Notes: generated by a model not told the origin, from the letters alone. Positions 38,395 to 52,270 are shown, counted from the whole stretch's first letter. The stretch is DNA of 57,465 bases, filler included, from Callorhinchus milii (GCF_018977255.1; 2 parts of 2 records of this genome joined end to end with filler, not necessarily neighbours in it), one strand, 5' to 3'. Numbers and translations: made by a program.

Positions 38395-40382
38395 GGACTA
38401 CATAACGTCCACTCCCTCTGTAACAAGACCCTGCACATCAATGATCTCATGTTTGATGAGAACGTTGACATCATGGCCTCAATGGAAAGCTGGCTAACCC
38501 CAGGCGACACCTTACCCCTCACGGAGGACACACCACCCGGCTACACCTCCCACCACATCCATCGCCCCAACCGCCGTGGCGGTGCTGTACCCCTTATCTC
38601 AAGGAAACCACTTGCCCTATCCCCCTAATCCTCTGGCTCTCTCCCCTCTTTTGAGCACCTCACCCTCTCCCACCTCTCCTTCCTCTCACTCAATACCCTC
38701 CTCCTCTACCGGACCCCTAAAACCTGGCCCAACTTCATCTCCGATATTTCCACCCAACCTAAAGCACTCTGCCTCTGCTCTCATCACCTCATCATCCTGG
38801 ACGATTTCATCCTCCTGCTTCTTCTCCTCGGACTTCTCCTTCCTCCACTTCTCGCTCAACCTCACCTTCCACATGAACTCCGCCACTCACAGTTACGGCC
38901 ACACACTCGATTTGGTGATCACCCGGGGCCTCAGTGTCTCGGATGTCACCATTACCGACAAGACCGTCTCCGATCACCACTTCATCTCCTTCACAACCTC
39001 TACGGTCCTCCCATCCACCAGAACCACCACCATCTTCTACCGCCCCTGGAAGATGTTAAACCCACCAATCTTAACCGCTACCTTGGAGGCCTCTGAACTC
39101 CTCTCCCTCTGGCGTTCATCCCTCACTGAGCTCACTTCTGCTCTCACCGTCCTCCACAACACCCTCTCCACCACACTCGAACTCTTGCCCCCATCACCTC
39201 CCGTACTGTCTCTTACCCTCTCTCATCCCCCTGATTCACCACCCACCTTCGCTCACTGAAGAGCAGGTGCGGGCAGCTGAACGCACCTGCCTCAAATCTG
39301 GCCTCACGGTCGACCGACAAATCTGGCAGCTCCTCCTGAAATTCTATCGCTGCACTCAAGCCTCGGCCAAGTCTTCCTTCTACTCCAGGATAATACTGGA
39401 GGTGAAGAACAACTCCAGGCTTCTGTTCTCCACCACATCCCGACTCCACCTCCCCGCCGCCACTCTGCGCAGGTCATCTCTTCCAACCTTCAATGCGAGG
39501 AGATGCTGGATTTCCTTGATTCCAAAATCATGGGAAACCGCTCAGTGATTACTGCCGCTCCAACTTCCACCCACCCCACACCCCTTCCCTCCCACACTCC
39601 GACTCCTACCCATTCTCCCCTACATACCTTCGTACCCGTTTCCCCACCCTCTCTCACCAACCTCATCCTGTCCCTGAAACGTACCACTTGGAACCTTAAC
39701 ACCATCCCCACTCCACTACTTCTCTCCCAGCTCCAGCTCCTTGCCCCACTTATCACAGACATCACCAAACAGTTCCTCTCCTCTGGATCTGTTTTCATTC
39801 CACTAAAAACTGCCATCATCATTCCCACTTTGNAAAAACCCTCCCTTGATGTGTCGTAGCTATTAAGCTAAGGGCCCATCTCCAACCTCCCCTCCCTGTC
39901 CAAGGTCCTTGAAATAGTTGTCGCTTCCCAGCTGCGCTTTTTCTTCTCCACCCATTCATTATTCGAACCCTTCAGTCGGGTTTCCGTGCTGTCCATAGCA
40001 CAGAAAACGCCCTGGTCAAGGTCACCAATGACATCTTGACCATCTGCGAACAGGGCTCCCTCTGCCTCCCGTCTTCCTCGACTGTCGGCAGCATTCGATA
40101 CGGTCAACCACTCTATCATCCTCCACGCTTGTCCTCCCACCTCAACGTTCAAGGCCCTGCGATCTCCCACCGTCTTCCGTTTGTTTCCACAAATGGCTTT
40201 ACTCCCAGCCCCCGCACTCTCTCGTGCGGTGTCCCTCAAGGCTCTGTCCTCGGTCCCCTTCTCTTCACCGTCTATGTGCGCTCCCCCTTGGTGACATCAT
40301 TCGCAGACATGGGGTTACTTCCACATGTATGCGATGACACCCATCTCTACATTTCCTCCTCTACCCTCAACTCCACGACCAA
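38395..40382 (+). mobile_element. Decayed L2 LINE ORF2 (APE endonuclease + reverse transcriptase), 3'-truncated
   Basis: HTLDLVITRGL..SDHHFISF, PISNLPSLSKVLE, GVPQGSVLGPLLF and degenerate YADD (CDDTHLY); many frameshifts. Confidence 0.9.
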
Positions 40383-41779
40383 ACAGCCACTCAAATATTT
40401 AACCACAAATGAAGAAAACAATGAATTTCACGTCAGAGTTTCTGTAGAGTGTTTTTTTCAGCACATTTCTCTGCACATACATCGATTCGAATCTACAATG
40501 TGCTTTTTACCAAAAATTACATTTCTTCCAGTGGATATAGTGTCTCTTTTCGCATCTTCGAGACGTCTCCAAGCGCTTCACAAGATATACTATGAAATGT
40601 ATTGACCGTGCGTTTTACGGGTGTAACGCAGCATTATTATATTAAATGCACTTTTGTTGTGATACGTAGATGTGTGACAATGTTTGCTGCGTTTCACTAA
40701 CATATCATGGAGTCAATCCGGCGTGGAGGTCACTATGAAAGTGAAAGTTGTTGTAGTTGTTGTATATGGATACGAATAACAAGAGTTGGATACTACTAAT
40801 ACTGATACAATACCAATAAAATATAATAATATAAAAACAATAAAAACAATAATAAAACAGATAAATTAATAACAATAATAAAATCAACTGGCAATTTTAT
40901 AGCGCTTTCCCTTCACACAGGACACCGTTTCAGAGGTTACTGACTACGAGCCAGAGGAATGAAAACAATATTAGTAACAATAATAATCATATTACTGACA
41001 ATAATAGTGAGCGCGTTTCTCGCGCTCTCACACTCACACTCGCTCTCGGATAGAGAGGGTAAATGTGAGAGAGATTCTCCTTCTTCCGTCAATTACTGTT
41101 TAATATGGAGACAGTGAACAGTTTTCCTCTCTCTCTCTCTAGAGTCAATCACTGGATACCAGCAAGACAGTCGGTATGTATCTGTCTCAATCAATGATTA
41201 CCAGGGAGACAGTGGACATCTCTCTCTTTCCAAACAATTATAGTTACCCCGGATTCAGTGGTTGTGTCTCCCTCTGTCTTATCAATCACTAGATACCAGG
41301 GAGACAGCGGACCTGTCCCTAACACTCAAGCACAGGAACGTTTCGGGCGTCAGCGTCATCATGTGAGGGAGGGAGAGAGGAGACCGAGTACACACACAGC
41401 TGAAAGCTGTGCCGTAAAACACGGCGGCTCCGTGCAATGAGCTGTCGGACACTGCCTGACTCTTTCACACACGGACACACACACACACACACGCAGACAG
41501 ACGGAAGCTGTGAGTGAAACTGAAAGACTGTGTGTGTATGTGTGTGTGTGTCTGTGTGTGTGTTTGTGCGGGCTGCAGCTGAATCCATCCTCCTCTTACA
41601 CTCATACAAACACTGCAGATCAATACCAGAGAGTCAGGACATGCACATCATTATTCCGCAGCTCAGTTAGTGAGAGAGACAGACACAGGGACACAGAGAC
41701 ACAGACTGTGTGGACATGTGTCTGTATCTGTGTGTCTCTCTCACTGACTACAGCTACCAGGATGCTCCGCGCGGCTCGG

Positions 41780-41835
41780 CTCCGTCACCAGGGGGCTCTG
41801 AGCCGTGAAGCATGCCGGGACCTGTAGTTTCCGGG
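41780..41835. promoter_or_regulatory. Adjacent CTCF-like and ZNF143/THAP11-like (SBS) motifs in a CpG-rich patch
   Basis: CACCAGGGGGC at 41786-41796; minus-strand ACTACAGGTCCCGGCATGC at 41810-41828. Confidence 0.5.
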
Positions 41836-41912
41836 TCTGTGTCGCTGTGATTGTGATGTCAGAGAGAGAGAGGGTCAGTGTGAGAGAGACAGCGACAGAG
41901 AGAGAGAGAGAT

Positions 41913-42145
41913 TAATAATAATAATAATCCTTGCATTAGATATAGCGCTTTTCACGTCGGGAGGACGTCCCAAAGCTCTTCACAGAACCCACTGTAAAGT
42001 GAATTGACTGCATATTTGTGGGCGAACGCGACAGCCAATTGTGCAGACCAATGTCCCAAAAACAGTCGTAGATTAAAAATGTCCAATTTTTTTTTTTTTG
42101 GAGGGATTATTGTGCACAGCAATGTCCCACAAACAGTCGTGGATT
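41913..42145 (-). mobile_element. SINE 3' portion (same family as 32246)
   Basis: Reverse complement of the core and L2-type tail. Confidence 0.8.
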
Positions 42146-42996
42146 TAGTGACCTTATTTTTGTTATGCGGAGTGAACTTTCGCCCTACTCGTCCCTTATA
42201 GCCCGATGTAAGACCAGCCTAGAAAGTTACGTGACCAAATGTCCTCTTCAGTAGGAAAAGCCCGGACTGAACCTCCTGAATAATGACTGAACAGAGTTCC
42301 GCATCTGAGATCTGCTTCCTTTGTGTGAGAGGTGAATCTCAGACACAGTAAAGCAATACCAATTCCAGCCATCAGGAGCCCCGAGTAAATATTTACCTCA
42401 TAGGTGATCATCATCGAGAATATTTTGAGGGGACGTCCGGTCGTGGTGCGCACAGCGCTCTGAGTCGCTACCCGGCGTAAATGGCGCTATATAAGTGCAA
42501 GCTGTTGCTGACGTGGTTGTGTTGCTGTCTGCTCCAGCGAATGTCGGAAGGCGACTTTTCTGGCAGGTTCACAGACACAGCAGTTACTACACGTGATCTC
42601 AGTGAGTTTGGTTACTATATATAGAATAGGCTTCGGGACACTGTTGGGTGGGCTGCTATCTGGGGATATGGACACTTCCTCTCTGTATGCTCCCAGCAAT
42701 TAAATCATTGTGTCGGAATAGGTGCCGCTTAATTTTCAATATGGGTTGAAAATTCTAAGTAGTATTTGAACATTTCTTGCATTTCTGGTACCTCCTGTTA
42801 ATCGCTTTGATCCTTGGCTGTGCGTAAGGTGGTTGTTGTTGGACTTCGGAGTTATAGTTGGATTTGTTTCCTATATTTAACGGTGTTTCTTCGGTTCTTT
42901 CTCTCTGTTTGATGAGTCAAGATATCTGTCCTTGGTGAGGAAGCTGGCTGCGTTGTCACTATTAAATACTGGATTGACATCAGATAAGGCAGTCAG

Positions 42997-45520
42997 TCTC
43001 TCGCTCAACCTCTCCCTCCACATCGACCTCCCCCACTCACAGTCACGGCCACCCACTCGACTTGGTGATCACCCGGGGCCTCAGTGTCTCGGATTTCACC
43101 ATCACCGACAAGGCCATCTCCGACTACCACTTCATCTCCTTCACCACCCCCACCCCACTCCCCACCTCCACCAGACTCACCACCATCTTCTACCGCCCCT
43201 GGAAGAAGTTACCCCCACAATCCCTAACCGATGCCTTGGAGTCCTCTGAACTCCACTCCCGCTGGCATTCAACCCTCACCGACCCCTCTTCTGCTCTCAC
43301 CCTCCTCCACAACACCCTCTCCTACACACTTGACACTCTTGCCTCTATCACCTCCTGTACTGTCTTCGACTCTCGCACCTCCCTCTGTTTCACCACCCAA
43401 CTCCGCTCACTGAAGAGCCAGGTGCGGGCCGCTAAACGCACCTGCGTCAAATCTGGCCTTACGGTCCGCCGACAAATCTGGTTGGATCACTTCAAAATCT
43501 ACCGCTCCACTCTAGCATCAGCCAAATCGAACTTCTACTCCAGGATAATCCTGGAGGAGAAGGACAACCCCAGGCTACTGCTCTCTACCACATCCCAACT
43601 CCTCCGACCCCACCCCCCCCCCCCCGCGCAGATCATCTCCTCCAACCTTCACTGCGAGGAGATGCTGGATTTTATTGAATCAAAGATCAAGGGAATTCGC
43701 TCCGCGGTCCCCTACCCATCAACATCCAACAACTAGTCACCCCTTCCCTCCCACACTCCGACTCCTACCGATCCTGCCCTACACACCTTCGTACCCGTTT
43801 CCCCATCCTCTGTCACCAAACTCATCCTATTCCTGAAACCCACCACCTGCTCCCTTGACCCCTTCACCACTCCACTACTTATGTCCCAGCTCCACCTCCT
43901 TGCCCCACATATCACAGACATCGTCAACCTGTCCCTCTCCTCTGGCTCTATTCCCATTCCCTTTAAACTGCCACCATCACTCCCACCTTAAAAAAACCCA
44001 CCCTTGATGCGTCGCAGCTATCAAGCTACCGGCCCAACACCAAACTCCCCTTCCTGTCCAAGGTCCTGGAACGAGTTGTCGCCTCCCAGCTGCCCTCTTT
44101 CGTCTCCAAACGTTCATTATTTTAACCCCTTCAGTCGGTTTTCCTTGCTGCCCATAGCACAGAAACTGCCCTAGTCAAGGTCAATGAATGACATCCTCTG
44201 ACCATCTGTGACCAGGGCTCCCTCTGCCTCCTCGTCCTCCTCGACCTATCGGCAGCATTCGATACGGTCGACCGGGCTATCCTCCTCCACCGCTTGTCCT
44301 GCCACCTAAACCTTCAAGGCCCTGTCCTTGAGTGGTTTAGGTCATACCTCTCCCACCGTCTTCACTTTGTCTACACAAATCGTTTTTCCTCCAGCCCCCG
44401 CAGTCTCGTGCAGTGTCCCTAAAGGCTCTGGCCTCGGACCCCTCCTCTTCACCCTCTAAATGCTCCTCTTTGGTGACATCATCCGCAGACATGGGGTTAA
44501 CTTCCACACGTATGCGGATGACACCCAACGCTACCTTTCCTCCTCTACCCTCAACTCCACGACCACCGATGTCCTGACAGCCTGCCTCTCCGACATCGAG
44601 TCCTGGACGAGGGATAACTTTCTCCAGCTCAACGTGTGCAAAACTGAGGCCCTCCTGATTGGCTCACGTCAGCGACTCCGCACCTCAGGCGCTGACAGCA
44701 TCAGCATCCAAGACTGCACTCTCCGCCTCTCAAAGCCAGTCAGGAAACTCGGGGTTCTGTTCGACCCTGATATGTCCTTTCTCCTTTATATCCGCGCCAA
44801 AACTGGCACCGCCTTCCATCACCTCCGGAATGTCGCCAGACTACGGCATTACCTCACCCCTCACGCTGCTGAAACTCTGGTCCACGCCTTTATCACCTCA
44901 AGCCTGGACTATGGGAACTCTCTCCTCGCCGGCCTTCCCGGAACCTCCCTCCACAAGCTGCATGTCATTCAGAACTCTGCAGCTCGTGTACTGTCCCGCA
45001 CCAGGCTTCGGGACAACATCACTCCCACCCTCGCTCGCCTCCACTGGCTCCCCAACCCCCAGAAGATCGAATTCAAGATCCTTACCCTCACCTACAAGGC
45101 CATTCACGGCCTCGCTCCCTCCTAACTCTCCGACCTACTATCCCCTTACCTACCTGCCCGTTTCCTCCGTTCCTCTGGCTCCGGTCTGCTCCAAATCCCC
45201 CGCCCCAACCGCCCTACCATCGGTGGCCGGGCCTTCAGACTCTCAGCCCCGAGGCTCTGGAACTATATCCCCCAGTGCCTTCGCCTTGCTTCCTTGCTTT
45301 CCTCCTTCAAGACCGGTCTCAAAACCTTTCTCTTTGACCGTGCCTTCAGCTCCCCTCTCGACTCTCTACCCCCTCCTCGCTCCCTCCCTTTACTCTCCTC
45401 ACCCTGACCATTTCCCCCTTGCTCGGGTCCTGACCCAACTGTACAGCGCCTTGGGACGTCCTCCCGACGTGAAAGTGGCTCTATAAATGGAATCTTGTTG
45501 TTGTTTTTGTTGTTGTTGTA
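42997..45520 (+). mobile_element. 5'-truncated L2 LINE with complete 3' end
   Basis: [51 protein letters not shown]; tail gcgccttgggacgtcctcccgacgtgaaagtggctctataaat(ttg)n; stops and frameshifts. Confidence 0.93.
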
Positions 45521-46974
45521 ATGTCACTTTAATGTAATGAAATTCCTTCAAAGAGAGAGCACGCCCACTGTTTGTCTGGTAACTTTTGATTGACAAGAAA
45601 GAGTGACGCGCCCAATCTCTCATTGGTAACCAGTGTCTGACATGTTACACGCCCACTAATATAATATAATGTAATTAATATTGTTATTATTCCCATGGCT
45701 CCGTCACGGTCCGCCAATATTACGCACGGTGCCCAGTATGGAGCGAGGCTAATATATAAGTTACTATTCTTATTATTACGATTGTTATGATTATTATATT
45801 ATTTTTATTATTATTATTCACAAAAAAACTAAAGCAAATTGCGTTTTTAAAGCGCACTACACATTTATCGACGTCCCAGGTTTTGACAATGGAGGAACCT
45901 GATATTGTATAGTACATACAACACAATGGAATATTTAAAACTACAATTCATAGAATCGAATAATGATAACATTTACTAAATATGTGGTTTGTGCTTTAAG
46001 TTAGGTAGTGCTGTTGAGGTGATACCATGACAGAGATCAGCGCCGTATCACCCATTACCATTTAATACTATGTGCAATAATGAGCTGGTATGGAATCTAA
46101 CATCAGTAGAAATCCCTTCTCTTCCCCAAATAGCATCACAAGATCTTTCAGGTTTATCCTGAACAAGGCACAAACGAGACCTGATTTACATTAATTTGCA
46201 CAAATAGCTGCACTACCGATTTGAAAGTCGCTATGCGAATGTATTGTATTGTATTAAAGTGGCAGCTTGAAAGACAGAAAGATTTTCTCCCTAAGCGGTC
46301 AACCGAGGTATTGCAGAGTGAGGACTGGTTTCCTTAACTGATCATAATATTCTCAAAAGCCGTCAATACAGCAGGGCTGAGAACTCTCAACTAAGTCAAT
46401 ATTGTGTATTGTGGAGCTGTGCTGACAAGACAGGAGGGCACATTTGACATTTCAGACTAGTTTACTGTTCAGAGAAATAACGATACAAAACACCGCCAAA
46501 GATATTCTGCTGTTCTGTTCAGTTGTTTTTTTCCTTTTTCAGCTAAATATTTGACCCTCTTTGTTGGGAGGTGTTGTGTGGTTTGTGCTTCATATCCGGC
46601 AACGTTTCTAAGCTATGACCATGACAGTGTTTCATCTGCACATTAGCTTTTGCCATTTACAAAATGTCCTATATTCACCCTTGCATATGGCTTAAATTGA
46701 TCTGTTCTGTAACCAAACATATGGAGAAATGTCCTAGTCTTTTCTAAATAGAGTGCTGGGATCTTTGGCATATAAATATATATATATAGATATGTAGATA
46801 GATAGAGAGTGAGGGAGAGAAAGAGATAGAGATAGGGAGAGGTAGAGAGAGAGAGATACTAAGATTGAGTTAGACACAGTTTGTAAGAAAGAGTGATAGT
46901 GGGGAGATATATGGGGTGAGCGAGTGAGAGTGTGAGAGATATAGAGGGTCAGTAAGAATGGGAGTGTGAGTGGC

Positions 46975-47090
46975 AGAGACACGTTCGCATGGCTATGGAC
47001 AGAGATCGATGAGTTGCTCGTTTCAAAGAACTGGACAGATACGATGATCCGAATGACCTCCTACTGTGGTGCATAATTCTTCGATTCTCG
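46975..47090 (+). mobile_element. CR1 LINE 3' end fragment
   Basis: ggacagatacgatgatccgaatgacctcctactgtg..attcttcgattct resembles the CR1 3' hairpin and ATTCTRTG tail. Confidence 0.45.
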
Positions 47091-47733
47091 GAGATGGAGG
47101 AAGCAGACGCGTTGATGGGGTTTGCGAGTTAAATAATTAGGAGGTGGAAGGCTTTGGAGGGTCTTGAAGGTGAGGACGAGGATTTTAAATTCTATCATCT
47201 CAGGAATGGGGAACCCGTGGAGATGGGCGAGGGTGGGAGGTTTGGGGTCACATTGCCTGGTTTGTGAGGGAATACGAGTTTCCGAGATCTGGATGTGGAG
47301 AACAGCTTGTGGAGAGAAGAATTGGGAGGCAGCCGGGAGTCAGGCAGCCGAAAACCATGCTAAACTGCAATTTCAATGGCAAGCCATGGGGTTTAACTGG
47401 TTTGACTCAAGCAGTTACCCAAGTCTGGGGTCCACAACCTCGGCTCTTTCCAACCTGCATCTAATACTCTCCGGAAATAGTTAAGCAGGATTCGTCCCTC
47501 CAGGGCGAAGTGCATTCCATTCCTGAGATGTGTCTCTAGAATGTACATGTATAAGTGAGATGTGGGGAAATATCAGTTTGATTTTAATTCTCTTTAAGCA
47601 TGGTGATAGGCTGCGGCATGTGCCAGTCACACGCCTGAACAAAAAGGTAAGATATAGATGGGGACACATAGTGGGACCTGCTTACAAGCACACAGCAGTT
47701 AGATTGAATTAAACTATAATTTCATCTTTTTAC

Positions 47734-49207
47734 CTGCAGAAAGGCTGGCGCGTCTTTTTCCGTCTGTTTCTGTACCTCTCAAAGTTCTTTTGAACAGAAT
47801 CTAATTTGTCCTGAATCTTTTGCAAATGTGTCTCCATTCGGTGTAACAGCTCTTCCTCCTGCTGTTCCAGCTGTCGCTTTACCCGCTGTTCTCTGACAGT
47901 CAGGTTCTGGTACATTTTAGCAAACTCAGCCCTGAATTGGTCGTGCAAACTGCTCGCATTTTTCTGTAAAATGTCACACATCACACCCTGTACACAGGTA
48001 AAGAGAGCCACTTGGTCATCTCACCGTGTGCATACGATAAAGCGAGACAAGAAGAGGCATTGCAATGTGCACACAGGTAAAGATAGACACATTGAGAAAT
48101 CACACGATGTACACCCGGTGAAGAGAGACAAACTGAGACATCACACCATGTAAATACTGTAAAGAGAGACAAACTGAGATATCACACCAATATGTACGGT
48201 AAAGGGAGACACACGGAGGCATCACACCGTGTACACCTGGTAGAGAAAGATATACCGATAGCCCAGACATCATACCAGGAACACAGAATAAAGCGACACA
48301 CACTGGGAGCCCAAACAGCATACTGTGTACACACGGAAAAGAGAGACAAAGTGAGAGTGCCCTCGAAAAAATATGTTCACTCAATCCAAGTTGGGTTTGT
48401 GGGACACTGCTGTGCACAATTGGCTGCCGCATTTCGTTCACACATAATAGTCGCTAATCATTACAATATTTATTGCGAAGCGCTTTCAGACGTCTAGAAG
48501 ATATGAAACCGTGCTTTATAAAATGCAAGAAATATTATCACCATAGAGCACAGACATCACACTGTGTACACATACTAAAGAGAGAAACACGACTGACCAC
48601 AAAAATCAGCCCCGACACAATTTACCTTGACCTGTGAATCTTTTGTTACTGTTTCATTTTAGCTTGTTGAGCAAGTTCCTTACTTTGTGTGAGCGAAGCT
48701 GAACAGGAATTCACTTTGTCCTGGAATAAACAAGGAACACAAGTGCCTGAGCATGAAAATATTAAGCGGAATAGAATGAACCACACGTAAAGATTATTGT
48801 TACCCTTCAATAGCTTCGTCAGTGCTCAAGAAGCTGTGATCTTTGTGTACTCGCGCATCTCTGCAAATGGAACAGATCAATTTCTTATCAGTTTCACAGA
48901 ACAGCTTCAGTTTCTCCCGGTGTTTCTCACAGTGACGTATAATTCCCAACTCTGTCGGGTCCAGGATCAATTCTCGAGCTTTATGCACCATTTTCATCGG
49001 AGTCCAGTTAACATTGAGGTTCCTTTCGGCAACAAGTTGTCGACATTCCGGACAGGAGTTTGTTTCCTGCTTTTCGCAGCTCCGGCTGACACAGGAGTGA
49101 CAGAAGCTGTGGCCACACTCCAGGGTAACAGCATCAGTGAAGATAACCAGACAAATGAGACAGCTTAATTCCTCCGTCAGACGCTGATTCTGGAGACTGT
49201 AAGACAT
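47734..49207 (-). pseudogene. TRIM (RING, B-box, coiled-coil) gene, TRIM27/39/69-like, disrupted
   Basis: Exon 1 (49207 to ~48803): EELSCLIC..CGHSFC..C..CPEC RING and CEKH..C..ICSIC..H..H B-box. Exon 2 (48720-48626, 95 nt) has an in-frame TAA. Exon 3 (47963-47734, 230 nt) encodes coiled coil. Exons 2 and 3 have AG/GT boundaries; the usual sizes are 96 and 231 nt. Confidence 0.85.
47975..48350. repeat. Degenerate ~45-bp tandem repeat in a TRIM intron
   Basis: catcacaccgtgtacac..gtaaagagagaca..ctgaga units. Confidence 0.7.
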
Positions 49208-49354
49208 TTTCACCCTCAGCTTTTACTTTCAATATTAGTGTTGGGACTGCTCCCAGTCACTTATCTGTCAAACGCTTTCCTTACGACCTTTCTTGTGAAA
49301 TCAACTCGCTGTGTCCGTGTGCGCGGGACATTCCGGGGAAGTCTTGTAAAAAGT

Positions 49355-49725
49355 AATAACATTAATAATCCTTGCATTTGATGTAGCAACTTATCACTTC
49401 TTTGATATGTCTCACTGCAATTCACAGCATATACTGCGAAGCGCAGAGTGTGTATATTTTGAGGATGAAACATTGCGGACAATTGTGCCCAGCTGTATTC
49501 CACGAAAGTTGTGACCATTTTATTATTATTATTGCTATTTTTTGATGAAATTATGACCCCCGGAACGCGATCTGCTAATCGATTGACAAGCGGGTTCCAA
49601 CTTACTGTTAGGTAAACACGGGCGGGTAGAGTACGAAAACTTGCCTGTAGTTTTGGTCTCGGGAATCGAACCAATATCCTCTCACTTGTAAGACGAGTGC
49701 TCTAACCACTGACCTACAGAACTCC
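49355..49725 (-). mobile_element. tRNA-derived SINE, older copy
   Basis: Minus-strand ggagttctgtaggtcagtggttagagcactcg..GGTTCGATTCC; same tail. Confidence 0.75.
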
Positions 49726-50924
49726 ACAATGAGCACAGGCACAAGATTCACAATTCCTTGTTCATTTCTTTTCACGTTGGTGTGAACTGCAAGAGCCAGT
49801 GGTATTCCTTGGCTGAGGAATCAGAAGAAGCATATTAACATTTTTTTTTGTTTAATGCAGATATATAGTTAAAGATAAAATGCTTGAGATGGGCCTTGTA
49901 GAGGCGAGGCGGAGTGGCACTGGAATGGAGTTCCAGAGGGGAGGAGCAGAAGGGCTGAAAGTCTGACTGCGAATGGTTGGGTGTGCAGGACGGGAGAAGT
50001 GGAACAGGCCAGGGTGCTCAGAGGGAAAGACAGGGACACACAGACTCGGAGAGACAGGAGATACGCACAAGTTTCACTGCTTCTATAATTATATGCACTC
50101 AGATAGAAAGGGGCACACACACACATACGCACATATATTCAGATACATATACATTAACCCTTTCACTGCCTCTACCATCATATGCATTCAGAGGCAAAGA
50201 GGAACATATACACACACAGATATACATCGCATACACACACGCACTGGCACATATGCATTAACCATTTCACTGCCTCAATCATTACATTAAAACAAGGGAA
50301 GAATAAAGAAATATGCAGTCACGTAGCTATGGATAAACAGAGAACGCCACACACACAAAAACAGGGTCACAATCATTTTCCGTTTCCCTAACTCGACTGT
50401 CACCTGCATTCACAGCGAGATACAAAGGCAGATAAACACACATTCAGAGTGAAGGTTGATCATGATGTTCTCTCGACGGGTGACATGTGTGGAACAATAT
50501 TACTGTGAGAGAATGTGACATGAAAGCTCCGTCACTGTGACCAGAGTGTGGAGGAAACTTCAGAAAACGACGGCTTTTAAGAGCGACTCTTCACTCTTTT
50601 TACCTGATCACAAAATGACAATTGCATGTTAGTTGGACAGCAGCTGTCTGTCTGCAAGACACAGGGTGTTACGTTAGCTCCACATCAGCTTGTCTGAACG
50701 AACGTTTTATTTGATGCCTGTTTTGCTGCTGTATAATGAATAAATCACTATTCTGATTACATTTCATATTTTCCTGGTCGTAATTAAATCCTCTGACATA
50801 TTGAGACAATCGTGTCCTTGAGCCTAGATGTAAGAACAAGGGACCACAGAAAGGAAAGACTGCAGATACCTGGCTATCTCAAGGCTGAGAAACAAGCAGG
50901 ATGTGGAGGGCTGTCCAGAAGTTG

Positions 50925-50959
<35 letters not shown>

Positions 50960-51441
50960 AAAGCAGTTGCGAAGGGAGGGTGATATCTCTGTGACATGGG
51001 GAGGTGGAGTTAGAATACATTAAAGAAAAATTTAATTTTGAAACATTTGGAGCTGCGGAGGGGGTCAGCGCACTTTCCCGTGGAATACGTATCGATGTTT
51101 ATGTCTAAGGGAACATATCTCCAGTAAGATAATGATAATTTTTCTGTATGATTTGTATATCTGTTGTGTCTTGAGTATTATTGCTTCACTTGTTAGGGTA
51201 TTGCCTGCTTTTTTGACGTGAAAAATGTGACCCATCTCATCCGAATGGTAAACTGGAATCGGATTATTCTAAAATTGTTGAAAATAGTTGCAAATGTTTC
51301 TAACAATTTAATAATGTGTGAATTTATGGCGGTAATTTCGGAGGTAACGTTGACAGTGCGGAAATGATAGATCGATACTGATGCATTACCACAGGGCAGA
51401 AATCTGTAAGGTGGAATTTGATATAGAAAAGCAGAAAGCAC

Positions 51442-51771
51442 AATAATAATAATATTAATAATAATCCTTGCATTTGATATAGCGCTTTTCACGTCGGGGA
51501 GACGTCCCAATGCGCTTCGCAGAACACACTGTAAAGTGAATTGACTGTGTATTTGTGGGCGAACGCGGCAGCCAATTGCGCACAGCAATGTCCCACAAAC
51601 AGTCGTAGATTGAAAATGACCAATTTATTATTGTTTTTTGTTTTGGAGGGTTTATTATTAGGCGTGTAGAGTAAGGAAACCTGCCCAAGGTTTCGCCCTG
51701 ACCTGCCTGGAATTGAAACCAGGTCTCTTGCTAGCAAAGCGAGTGCTCTAACCCCTGAGCTACAGGACTCC
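51442..51771 (-). mobile_element. Full-length tRNA-derived SINE (DeuSINE-like, L2 tail)
   Basis: Head ggagtcctgtagctcaggggttagagcactcgc..ggtttcaattcc; body nearly identical to 32246-32515. Confidence 0.88.
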
Positions 51772-51819
51772 ACTAGATAAAAAAATCAAAACAGTTTATA
51801 TTCAAATGTGTTGTGTAAG

Positions 51820-52270
51820 TATAATCAATGTGTACAACCATTTGTCGATGTGTACCTCCTTTACATCAGGTGTTTGCTCATATGAGAAATACAGTTCAAC
51901 AGGTAAAGTATTAATACATTCAAGTTGGTACCCTCTGCAGCGGTTCTGCCAATGTTTATTGGTCGAATATGTGAATATAAGTGTGATCAGGATTATAATG
52001 AAGGCCACTACCAGCCCCGCAGCTCATTCCTATGACGTTTGGACTCGAACTTTGGGCAATCGCTGGACAAGTAAAAACACAAAAAAACATTTTTATATGT
52101 TCTTGATTCTCGGCACCAAGTTCCAAACCTATTCAGTACTGTCAGTAAAAAAAAAGCAGGGACTTGTCAGCTGGTCGGACGTGATTTTGCGAGAAGTGCC
52201 GCTCCCTTCAGTGAGAGTCAGATTTCACAAATAGTTTAGGTGACAAACTGCCGGAGAGCTGCTACAGAAG
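51820..52270 (-). pseudogene. Decayed coding-like segment (hydrophobic TM-like stretch + tail), copy 1; family not recognised
   Basis: AAGLVVAFIIILITLIFTYSTNKHWQNRCRGYQLECINTLPVELYFSYEQTPDVKEV, with in-frame stops upstream; paralog at 54480-54910. Confidence 0.45.

Noticed and set aside
37229..38497. 422-aa, 255-aa and 257-aa overlapping ORFs
   Set aside because: Open in all three frames because of the stop-poor 46-bp minisatellite; no domain is recognisable.
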